A DNA stretch of 64,000 bases from Macrostomum hystrix. Taxonomy: Eukaryota > Animalia > Platyhelminthes. Position 1 is the stretch's first letter. Each line of letters starts with the position of its first letter. Location: the NCBI GenBank assembly GCA_950097015.1, contig CATNEN010000024.1, forward strand, positions 1,116,001-1,180,000. The letters are read 5' to 3'. The position numbers and the translations under genes are program-made. Positions 1-11,654 of the stretch are shown here, piece after piece. The notes beneath the pieces were generated by a model, which was given only the letters and a program-made list of their open reading frames with translations, was not told where the DNA came from and ran no database searches.

Positions 1-53
1 TAAGCTAAACATGCAAGTTAAGCGAAGAGCAGCGTGAGTTACTTGTGACTAAC

Positions 54-3000
54 CTGATATTCCATGGATGATAACCCTCTTCACAACCAGCGGGACATTG
101 GGAGGCATTTCGTAGTTAAACTCCTTCTTGATAATCTCAAAGAATCCTACGTAGCGATTCTGGCTGGGCGTCTCGACGCCCTGAAACTTGATGCCCTGAA
201 GGTAGTCCGTGCGCTTCAGGCCGAAGAACTCCAGGCACTCCTATGGGATTTAGTGTCGCGCATTTCAGAGTTAGGACCGGTGTCTGCGCTAACGGCATTT
301 GTTACTTGGGATAGGATTGAGATAATTTGCATGAAATAACAATGATTTTGGTTGAGGTTTGCGGCACTTTCTGCTAAGCAGGGGCGGGGTAGTGACCGGG
401 CGGAGAGCTAATAGTGCAATTTGTAATACTTTTAGAGCCAACCCCTTAATACTGTAGACAACGAGAGTGAACACGGGCTAAAATTTTCCGCTCTATCCGA
501 TGAAACAACTTTCAGAATAGAAACGATCGGCAACGTCGAGATATTCAACGATTTCGGTCGGGGCGTCTGTCGGGCAGAAACAAACAATATAGGTAAAGTT
601 TTTCTGCTCACAAAATTTCATCATGCAACCATGTCGGCTAAACCATATCGTTGATTATGTATTACATTATTGTACCAACATGGATTCATCATAGAGGTTT
701 ATACAGAAGCGATGCCAATTGTCCTTGTCACAATGATCTTCTACAAGAATCGCTGAATATCTCGACGATGCTGACTCGGACGGCTTTGAAAGTTCAGTCA
801 CTGTGAAGGGTGGAAAATTTAGATTCATAAGGTGGAATTTCACTAAAATCGGTCATTCGGTTTGGGAGCTGTCGTGAAATAGGCATTGGGTATTAGTAAT
901 ACACCCTGGTCTGTCTCCTGTTATGAGCTATGAGACTGTAGACTCAACAGACGCACCTTCGCATTCTCATAGATGCCGCTGTCCACCATGTAGGTGCAGA
1001 TCATTGTTCCGGTGCGACCTTTGCCGCCCTTGCAGTGCACCACAATGATGTTGTGCTCATTGCTGGCGAGCCATTCCCGTACGCTGTGTGCAAACTTCAC
1101 CATGTCGCTGTTTGCGGCCAAATTTTGAAGATTTGAGACACGTCAGCGATGCAGGCTTTTGAACATTTTCTTTCTCACTAACTCAGTCGTCCCAGAGTCT
1201 GGCTTGCCTCCAGCAGGCAATCCCATTTTCTTCTTACCCCTCAACCACAAAGCTTACCTCAGTCTCGGCACATTATGATCGTCGATCAGGTATCGTTCGA
1301 CCCGACCGTGAAAAAAATTCGGATTGTAGTAACGTTCGCCTTGAAAGAATTAAATTAGATTGGAATTGAGAGACAAACTCTTTCCTGTGATTAAGGTACA
1401 GTTGAAAGTAAAAGATACTTAGGAGAACTCACTGCACAGATTGTAAACTTTGTACCGATTGTTGTGCTTAAAATCCAGAAACTTTGCCACCTCCTATAAT
1501 TAGAGGTAGTTTATGGATGTCAGCAATGCATTTAGAAACCATAGTACACTGTCTGGATGTCGGTTTTTGTATTTTTATTTTACCTTAATTGGATTTCTGT
1601 ACATCGCCATCAGGCCAGACGAAGGGTAGGACATTGCGATGACTTTTTCTACAAACATGTTAATCAGGTTTAAGATCAGCTTTAGTTTGTTATATCTGGG
1701 TTTTTTACAAGTCAAATGTGGGATCTATGCTGACTGAGGTGTGGGATCTATGCTGACTGAGGTGTGGGATCTTTGCTGATTGAGGTGTGGGATCTATGCT
1801 GATTGAGGTGTGGGATCTATGCTGATTGAGGTGTGGGATCTATGCTGATTGAGGTGTGGGATCTTTGCTGATTGAGGTGTGGGATCTTTGCTGATTGAGG
1901 TGTGGGATCTATGCTGATTGAGGTGTGGGATCTATGCTGATTGAGGTGTGGGATCTTTGCTGATTGAGGTGTGGGATCTTTGCTGATTGAGGTGTGGGAT
2001 CTTTGCTGATTGAGGTGTGGGATCTATGCTGATTGAGGTGTGGGATCTATGCTGATTGAGGTGTGGGATCTTTGCTGATTGAGGTGTGGGATCTATGCTG
2101 ATTGAGGTGTGGGATCGATGCTGATTGAGGTGTGGGATCTATGCTGATTGAGGTGTGGGATCTTTGCTGACTGAGGTGTGGGATCTATGCTGATTGAGGT
2201 GTGGGATCTATGCTGATTGAGGTGTGGGATCTATGCTGATTGAGGTGTGGGATCTATGCTGATTGAGGTGTGGGATCTTTGCTGACTGAGGTGTGGGATC
2301 TATGCTGACTGAGGTGTGGGATCTTTGCTGATTGAGGTGTGGGATCTTTGCTGATTGAGGTGTGGGATCTATGCTGATTGAGGTGTGGGATCTTTGCTGA
2401 TTGAGGTGTGGGATCTATGCTGATTGAGGTGTGGGATCTTTGCTGATTGAGGTGTGGGATCTTTGCTGATTGAGGTGTGGGATCTATGCTGATTGAGGTG
2501 TGGGATCTTTGCTGATTGAGGTGTGGGATCTATGCTGATTGAGGTGTGGGATCTTTGCTGATTGAGGTGTGGGATCTTTGCTGATTGAGGTGTGGGATCT
2601 TTGCTGATTGAGGTGTGGGATCTTTGCTGATTGAGGTGTGGGATCTATGCTGATTGAGGTGTGGGATCTTTGCTGATTGAGGTGTGGGATCTATGCTGAT
2701 TGAGGTGTGGGATCTTTGCTGATTGAGGTGTGGGATCTATGCTGATTGAGGTGTGGGATCTATGCTGATTGAGGTGTGGGATCTATGCTGATTGAGGTGT
2801 GGGATCTTTGCTGATTGAGGTGTGGGATCTTTGCTGATTGAGGTGTGGGATCTTTGCTGATTGAGGTGTGAGATATGATTTGAGTGGTCAGTTAGAGTTA
2901 AGAGGAAGTGAATTGGAAGTGAATCCAACCTGTGATGTAGCACAGATCCAAATCGAATCCATCGTCTTCGTATCGCTTTTTATTTTGCGACACCTCGTGC

Positions 3001-4469
3001 CGGGTGGCCTTGGTGAGGTTCTTACGCTCGGTTAGGAAGACCCGAACAAGTGCGATCAGGCGGGGCAGTCGGATCAGACGCGCAAGTATCACCAGCCTTT
3101 GAGTTTCGACAGCATTTGTACATCAGAGTCAGTTCATAAATTCGCGTTCAATAATAGATTATTAATGACAACCACCTCACGCCGCAAACGAAATTTGATT
3201 GGCCGAAACGAGGATTAGAGTTGTTGCTATTTTTAGACAACTTGGGTATTTGCTTAAAGTTTCTCTACCCGAACCTTGGCACGTGATATTTACCTAAGCC
3301 AATGAAACACTACCCTAATCTAGGCACATGACATTGACCTCAGCCAATGAAACACATCCCAAACCTAGGCATGTGACAATGAGTTGTAACGAGGCAACGA
3401 GCAGAATATGAATTGTTGAAATATTCATAGTAATACGAATAATAATAATATCCATAATAATAAATATCCATAATAATCACTCGTATTAAAGATGGGGGTT
3501 TCGGGGTTGGGCGCCAGTCCCTCGATTCTCCTATGATGCTGGAATGGAGCTCTGGATGTACTTGGAGAATCTCTTCACTCTAAAACACCTTCTCCAGATC
3601 AATAAATTGTCTTTAAATGACTTCCACCATATAAGCATCGAGTCGTTTATAAATAAAGAGCTTCGAAAAAAAAGCTGAAAAGTTCTTAAAAGAGACATTT
3701 ATCATCGTTGTTTACAGCTTATGTATCGTATTGAAACACTATTTCAGGTATTTTACCGTTTAGTAAAATCTTCCAAACAAAGATCACAGCAGAGCTATAT
3801 TATGCAGATTCTCAAAACTGACTCACTTTCCCAGCTTTGCCGTATCGCTCAGATCTGGCACGGACATGAACACCACACTGACAATGAAGGTCAACAGGAC
3901 CACAGCGAAGTCTAGCACCATCATCCAGTTGCTGAAGAATATCCCCGGACTGAAATGTATTATCGGCGAACACGCTGTACAGTACATCGTGTTTTGTATC
4001 CATTAAAGTTCTTAACAATAAGATATGTAAGCGTTCTTACAGCTTACCCCAGGGCAAAAATTCGCAAGCTGACTTCGATGACAAATAAAATGACAATGAC
4101 CAAACCAAAATAGTCATACGCTGGTTTCGGGTCGGCTAAATCTACAATCACGAGTATCAGGTCCAGCACAATGAGGGCCATTGTTGCTAGGCGAAAGACC
4201 AGGCTCTCGATCACTCGTAGAATTCGCTTTCGCGGCTCCCTACAATGCAGTTGAAAGGAGGCAAAGTACTCTTATTTTGAGACCTATGAACAACACAAGT
4301 CTTTAGATTTTCAGTCAATCCAACCAAAAGCTTAATTAATAGATCACCTGCATAGGCCAGCATCCTGGTTGTTCGTTGCCAGAGCTTCCCTGAAGCCAAA
4401 GTCATCCACATGGATGACCGTTTTTGCCGACGTGCTAGTCTCCTCGCCGCCATTGACACTCGATGCCAT
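54..4469 (-). CDS. TPTE2: Voltage-sensing phosphoinositide phosphatase (VSP/TPTE family); 3' end lies beyond the left edge
   Basis: Exons 4469-4348, 4239-4048, 3949-3827, 3096-2930, 1648-1584, 1493-1433, 1339-1258, 1107-957, 240-54, all GT-AG and phase-compatible. S1-S4 voltage sensor (S4 ILARLIRLPRLIALVRVF), linker SQNKKRYEDDGFDLDL, active site HCKGGKGRTG (VSP-type Gly; PTEN has Ala), loop GVETPSQNRYV. Confidence 0.95.
476..826. mobile_element. Degenerate foldback MITE-like element in a VSP intron
   Basis: Imperfect inverted arms: CTAAAATTTTCC..AACTTTCA..CGTCGAGATATTCAACGATT (about 478-555) versus ..AATCGCTGAATATCTCGACG..TGAAAGTT..GGAAAATTTAG (about 748-823). Inner inverted pair CCATGTCGG/CCAACATGG. 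No coding capacity; TSD not resolved. Confidence 0.5.
1717..2870. repeat. 23-bp minisatellite, about 50 units, filling a VSP intron
   Basis: Unit GCTGATTGAGGTGTGGGATCT(A/T)T within intron 1649-2929. Confidence 0.97.
3275..3385. repeat. About 45-bp triplicated unit carrying CCAAT and E-box-like motifs
   Basis: GGCACGTGA..AGCCAATGAAACAC, GGCACATGA..AGCCAATGAAACAC, GGCATGTGA, in a VSP intron. Confidence 0.6.
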
Positions 4470-5996
4470 GTCGCGCTTGCAGCGAAATATGGGTCGTGCA
4501 GTCGGCTACTTTTGGTTGTGGCAGAACAGTTGAGCCTAGAATACTTAGTTGTTTGGCTTGCTTTAGATATAAAACAAAAAGCCACACAAGATTACTAGTT
4601 TGTTCGGGTGTCGACTTTCACTTAAAAAAGTGGAGACCAGGCACAGACCCTAAGGAGGTCGCCAGGTTTCCCTGTCCATTTACTCGTAAAATCCTTATCT
4701 TTGGAATTCGCGCAATTTAATACTGTATCTTCGCTCAGAGTTTTGTGCTGGATAGATTAACACACGTCTTTCCAACTTTAGCAGAGCTCTGGGCTCTCAC
4801 TAGAAAGTAAAGTTTCGGCAAAATTTGCGAGCAGAAGATTTCTAGCGAATGCATGCTTGCTGCTAATTTTGCTGCTACTTCAGCCACTCAAAGGCGATCG
4901 CGGTAAAAATTAGAGCTGGGTTGAAAAAATTGTCTCGAATTTCGAACCGCTCGTTTCAAATTATTTATAGCATAGAAACTCGCACTTTTTGCCAGAAATT
5001 TTCCCAGCCAATAATTTTAACCAGATTAACTCAAATGAAAAATTTCATTACCTCAAAAGAAAATTGAGGAACTTCATGACAGCCTAACGCGGATAAAATG
5101 CTTGTTTAATCGTTTTTAAATATGTAAAGACGAAATATAGCATGATGAATATTCAGGAAGATAAATAAAAAATAAATTTCAAACAGATAAATCTCTTGAA
5201 ATAAGTAACTTGCTCCTGCATGTGTAGGTCTTAAATTTTGTTTAAAATAGCTACGAACATTTATTGTAGTAATTTAAACTTCAACCGACACACTTCTTGA
5301 AACTAAAAATTCAAAGCAGTGCTTTAAGAACTAATATAAATTAGCTAATTACTTTAAATCTTATTAGCCATTATTCTTAAACCGTTCTTTTTTAAATCTC
5401 ATCTTTTCAATATTGAACTAAACAGTGTGACCAGAAGTCTTGCGCGGAAATTGAGCAGCAAACAGCTTGTGTTAGCACCAAATTTTCCTTTAATTACGAA
5501 GCTAAAACAGGAACAGCATTTTAGGTATTTCAGTTTGTATTATTGTTCGGTAGAATGTTTTGGATAAATAATTATATCCCTAAAATTAAAGTTTATAATA
5601 AAGTTTACATTTTTGTTGTTTTAGTACGAAAGTAACGTATATATAACTATATTACGACATATATATTATACTATTCTATATAGTATAAAATATAGTATCA
5701 TATACTAACATATTTTATATTATGCATTTATATCATATTGCTTATAGAATATTACATTATATATACATAATTATATAATATTATAATATAATATTACTTT
5801 ACAGTTCAACATGTACTTTAGTAGTGCATGAATTTATAATACATAAAATAATTCTGAATATTCACAAGTAAAAAAGTATTCTGTTTCAGAAAATATATTT
5901 TATGTTATACATCACTTTATTTAACTTTGTATTGTTTCAGCCCAAACATAATTAGCGAATTGTCTAAGCAATGCAGCAGCCACTCTATATAACACA

Positions 5997-8900
5997 ATGA
6001 ATGGTAAAAACCGTGATGTCACAGTTTGGTAAGCTTGCCTAAAATTGTATTTTTTCGATTTTCACAAAGAAATGGCTCTTTCAGCTGGGATTTCTCATAA
6101 AAAATTACTGAAAAAACGTAATTTACACGAAATTTCGCAGGTACGACGCCACGCGTCACAAGATTGTGGATGCGGCGGCTGCTGGCACCCACCTGCTGAC
6201 CGCGGCGTCGCAGCTGGCTGAGACTAAGCAGGTCCGGCTGCGCATCCCGCCCGGTGGCCAAATTGGTTTCTCAATCCGTGGTGGGCGCGACTTCGGCACC
6301 GGCGTGTTTGTGTCCGGGTAAGGTTCTGAAGCAACAGGTGTTTTTAGGAACTGAAGCGACAGGTGTTTTTGATAACTGAAGCAACAGGGATTATTATGGG
6401 AACTTAAGCAATAATTGTTTTGTGCACTGAAGCAACAAGTTTTGGGAACTGAAGCTGGACCGTTTGAGAACTGATGCTGGAAGGGTTTGAGAACTGAGGT
6501 TGAAAGTACTTTAGTAACTGATACAGACGGTGTCAATCTAAGTCTGCAGATATCACAAACTGAAGCTAACTCTGCATCATAACTTGAACCAGAAAGTACT
6601 ACGAGCAGTTATTAAAGTAGTAGCCGATCAACACTTTCTCAAAAATTGGTCATGAATTGAAACAGGGGCGACGATTTTATGGACTGAAGCTATGGGGCCA
6701 CAGGAATAAGGTGATTGATTGTGACCCTCAATTGAAGCAGGTTTCATCGGTAAACTCAAACCTCAAAGACATTGTTTAACATGCCGTCCACGCGCAGTAC
6801 TCTGCCAAAAAGTGCTGCAGACAAGGGCGGACTAAAGGCCGGGCAGCTGATCCAGCAAATCAATGGAATTCGTTTCGACGACCTACCCCACTGGCAGGCG
6901 GCTCTGTTCATTAAGCAGTACCAAGCGGACCTGAAGATTACAGTTAAGGTATACTCAACGGTACTCAATGTTCGATAAGTGGAAGTATAATGCTAAATAT
7001 TCATTTTAATGTTGTAACCAACTGTGCCACTTTTCTAAAACCCAAAGGATGTCGGCCTTGTTCCTCTCTATAAGGAGGTCCCTCCGAGTAGACAGCAACA
7101 GCAGCAGCAGCAGCATCAGCAACAGCAACAGCAAGAACAGAAACAGCGACAACAACAGGGACCGTTCAATCAGTCACTTCAAGAAGCCAACGACGAAGTC
7201 GATGGTTCGGACTCGGAGCCTGACTCCGTCTGTCAACACCGCTCATGTCAATCGTCATTGGATACTTTTGAGTGAGTAGTTCACAAGAACTTTCCTTATT
7301 ATAGTTGCGTCAAAACGAAACTTTTTAAATCAGGTCTATAAGCCACGTTTTAACAAATTCCAGCGTTGTTGATGATATTGAAACTGACGAAATATACGAG
7401 AACGTTGGCGACCCTGCCCCAGCTGTGACCGACATCGACGCGCAAGTGGCGGCACTCCGACTGCCTGATCCAGTTACGGACATCGACAAAATTATCGAAG
7501 GCAATGGCTACGGAGATCTGGATCCCGCATTGTCCAGCAATCTGACGACAGTCATTGCCCCGACATCGTTAGAGTCTGGTTCAACTGCGACAGCCTCAGC
7601 AGCTGCAGCCGCCGCTGCCTCTAAACGACTGGCGAGCCGTCAGGTGAGCTCGCTTCGAATCCGACGATCGGCTACCCGACGGAGTGGCGGTGGCGTCATC
7701 AGCGGCGGTCAGCTGCGTTTGTCACTACCAGAACAGCGGCGAAGTCCCAACGATAAGGGACTGAATGTGACCTTCGGCGAGGCGTCCTTCTTGTCCTACT
7801 CTGACTCGCCACCTGTTCTCACACCGGCTCTGGACAGTTTCAGATTGGCATCGAAAGAAGCAGCCAGTGAGCAACGCAGGTCAGCAGGTTCATCTACATC
7901 TTCTACATCCAGGCCTCTCTACGAAAACCTCGGAGCCGTAGCGCGACCTCCTCCGCCCGCAGTTCCGCGCAGAGCCGGTGAGCCCCATGCCTTTCCTTTC
8001 GCCTCCCCTGCTATGAGCGAGCTCTCAACCGGCTCTTAGACCCGCCCGTCTTCTGTCTCTAGGCTTCAATCCACCTTGAATGGAAACAGCCCACGCCTCT
8101 CGTACATTATTTATTCGGCTGTGTGTGTGTGTGCATGGGGGGCATGTGGACGCCCATTGTCAGGCAGTGTGATTCATCCAATACTTCCGCGAGTGAGTCT
8201 TCCAATCATCTTTTTCTCAGGAGCTTCCTAATCTTTAACCTCAGCATCATCAGTTATCATGCAGCCTCCATAGAAAGTGTTTAGAGAAGCAAAGTTCCTG
8301 TAGTATATTGCCTTTCTCTGTCGTTTTGCTCATTTGCAGTGCCGCAGTCAGTTGAGGCCGCTCCAGCAAGCGTACACCCAGCTACGCAATCCCTAGCTTC
8401 GCAGCTCGAGTCTGGAGTGCCCAGTCGGTTCGCTCCAGATGTGCAGCAACGCATTAATACTGTCATCAGCAAGGTAGAATTGGTTTAACTATGTTTCGAG
8501 TTCTGAGTCGACCTTTTTGAACAACTAAAAAAATTGGATCCAACTTTAATTGCTCAAGAGACTTTCGTCGAGAAACTGCCCAGAAACGTTCCTCAACCAT
8601 TACAAAACTTCGTGCAAACTTTTGAGGCTAGTATCAATCAGACAGACAATCAGACCTTCACTCTAGTCGTTGACGTGAATGCCAGCGGGAAGTTTTTGAT
8701 GATGACTTGCACTTCTCTCCCGGATGCTGCGCCAAACCCAAGCAGTAATAAAATAACATTTTATAGCCTACGCCTTCCGATAGAATAGCGAGATGAATTT
8801 GGAATAGAACTGTGTTTGCTATTTTTGTTGACAGGCCTTTGGCCCAAGGCCTTGATGACTGGACTAGTTCAGAGCTGCTCAGTCTTAGCGACTTAGGACT

Positions 8901-9897
8901 TAAGCGGAGCGTCTCTTTGCACCTTGATTTATAATGCATTAGCTACCTATCCTGCTGCCTATGAGCTCAGGTCTTCAGAGTTGGGGTCGTGGGGCGAATC
9001 GGGCAGGTGGGATTTGGATGCTGGGCCACTAGACCGCAACCATGTGTGGCCAGTCCATTTCAATGATGGCCCTGACATCAGCTCCGTAGATAAATATAAT
9101 AAAATAAGCGTCAGTCGTTACTGTAGAGCCTATATTATGCACTTTACATGCGGTTGCCTAAAAAGTTGCCCGAAAGAGCAAGTTTAAACTAAAAAGACAA
9201 CCCGCACGCAGTATATCTCCAGCGGAGGTGCTGTCAACAACGGCGTGTCAGGCAACGGCCTTGACAACAGCTCGACTACTGATGTAGACAGCCTGACTCG
9301 CCTGCTGTTGGCTGCCGCAGCCGCCGCCTCCAACAGCGACATCCCCAGCGCTGGAAGCTCTGCGCCCGATGCTAAGCTACCCGAGCCTTCAGCAGCTGCC
9401 TCCGCTTCTACCACATCGACCGCCGTTCAAGCATCTCTGTCAACTACGAAAGACGCTGTGTCTGCTGCCACTAACCAAGCAGCTTCCTTCGCTAATCATC
9501 AGGCCCAGAATCATCGCCCAGTTCAAGCAAATGTCCACCAGACTTCTGCTCACGCAGCGCTACCTGTAGCCGGAGCTCTGAAGGACACTCGGCAGCTGCT
9601 GCCACGACGCACTCTGCTCCAGACAGTGACCGGTGAGCTTTTGTCACGTCTGATATCAGTCAAGTAATCTTGAATCTAGAGATTCTAGACGTTTAGAGCT
9701 GGCTCGAAAAAACCTTCACAAAGGTCTCTACTAATAGTAGTGCAACGCTGGGCAATATTTATTCATTCGCAGACGCGCACGGGCACTACTATCTGCGCCA
9801 GACTAACGGTGACGAAAGTGGCGGCCAGCAGCCACCCGGAGTGCCGCCAAGGGTGCGCGGCATTCTCACCCGATTCGAAGGCATTCGGCAGCAGCAA

Positions 9898-9929
<32 letters not shown>

Positions 9930-10248
9930 GAAAGCAGAGAACAACAGGAATGCAGTTCAACTGGATTCGGCCCCTACAGAGAACTCACCGGTCAGTCGCC
10001 ATGCTCAGCAAACGCCGAAAATCCCTATTGTGCTGATCTCTCCACCTGCGCCTCCACCGCCACCCCCGCCGCCGCCGCCACGAAGACATCGTCAAACGCC
10101 CGAAGCACCGTGCAGCTTGTCACTTCAGCAGCCGCAGTCAGCAGACCAGACATTTTGCGGCTCATACAAAGCGCCGATTTCAATCATGAAGAAGCGCAGC
10201 AGCAGCGGTGGCTTCCTGGGTCGATTCGATGATCATTCAGATGCTTGA
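5997..10248 (+). CDS. PDZ-domain scaffold protein (harmonin/whirlin/PDZD7-like PDZ) with long low-complexity C-terminus, about 742 aa
   Basis: Exons 5997-6028, 6141-6317, 6798-6948, 7048-7271, 7364-7977, 8340-8473, 9212-9632, 9773-10248 sum to 2229 nt (743 codons) with matching phases. PDZ: IGFSIRGGRDFGTGVFVSGTLPKSAADKGGLKAGQLIQQING..ITVKDVGLVP. Joins after 7977 are less certain; read-through to a stop at 8039 is an alternative. Confidence 0.75.
6325..6510. repeat. Degenerate about 25-bp tandem repeat in PDZ intron 2
   Basis: Repeated ACTGAAGCAACAGGTGTTTTT-like units decaying rightwards. Confidence 0.6.
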
Positions 10249-11654
10249 ATAGCCACTGGCTTTGCATGAGCGAATAAGGAACGTTGTCAATGGACTTCTC
10301 TGTAGATTTGTTTATCTATGAACTAACCCTATTCCACAAGTATTGATAAATCCCGTTATAATATAATATTGATTATTAAATATCTGCCAGGGAAAGTGAA
10401 TGGTAAGAACTCTGAACAATAGAAATGTTACGATTGTAGATCACACCCAGTAATGCTCTGATTTTATGTACAGCTTGCACTGTAACTACATTCAAAGTCA
10501 ATAAGCTATTAGAATTGCTTGAGCTACAATTCATTATTCTGCTCAAATATTAACTTCGAAAAGACTGAAGCTAACTACGTACGCTGTTTTGCTTTTTAAA
10601 TGAAAGCGAACATTGTTCTACATTTTATGACTAACGTGTCTGGCAGCCTTGTGTACATACTGCATGGCAAAGTCATTTGGAAATAACTTTTGCCACACTT
10701 TCATATTTGCTCGACGCAACTTATAAATTGATTTTTTGTCTGCGAAACTCCAGTTTTCTTCAGGCCTAATTAGACTCGATAATAATTTTCGTAGTTTTAT
10801 CTAATGACAATGCTAAATATCCACTATCAAACGCCTCAGATATGTCAGAGGCTCATTTTGTAAATTATAAACAACATTGCATGATACTTCAAGACTAACT
10901 TTAAACAAAATAGTGCTATATTTGTTTTAGAAGACTGCGTTAACCCCAGATGCGATCCTGGGTTGCTGAGAAACTGTAGGAGAGAAGCGATGGAAAACGT
11001 AGCTAAACAGCCTGGATGTTGCGAAATGAGGTGTTTTAAAGGTGTAAAAGTTATGCGTTATTTACACGCGTAAATTTAACACTCCAATGCATCAAACGGG
11101 GCTCGGACGACCCAGTAACAACTTGAAATTACAGAGTCGTTTGCGACGTTGCAGAAGCGTTTGAGTTTAAAACGACTTTAACCCATCTGAGTAATTGTGG
11201 TTGATTACTATTTTGGTAATAAAATTGAGACGAAAAAATATAATGAAAACTGGTGACAGGAAGAATAAAACTAGAAGCTTACTTGAGAACCTTGCATACA
11301 CTGGGCTCAGTCTCCTAGGATCGAGAACCGATCTATCGGTCAAAAGTCCGAAGCTCTAGAAGTCCGTTCACACCGCCACTAGTCGGGCCCCATTTGACGA
11401 GTTCACACGATTTTTTGACAAGTTTGTGAAAAAAATCATTAGCTTACAATTCCAATCATTGCAATTTGTATCCTCCATGTATATCTTCCATGTGTTAGGC
11501 ATACCGCCTATACCATTGTGTCAATCACTAACTATTGACATTTGTTTTGCTTTTTTAAGCAAAAGCTTTCGTATTTTGGTCATGAATGGGACACTATTTG
11601 TGTTGCAACGCGAGACAGCATTTTGCATGCATGACAAGTCTCAAAATATTGACA

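Noticed and set aside
11295-11400. Possible tRNA-like SINE heads at about 11295-11400 and 34880-34980 (minus)
   Set aside because: A/B boxes too degenerate, with no shared body to support a call.
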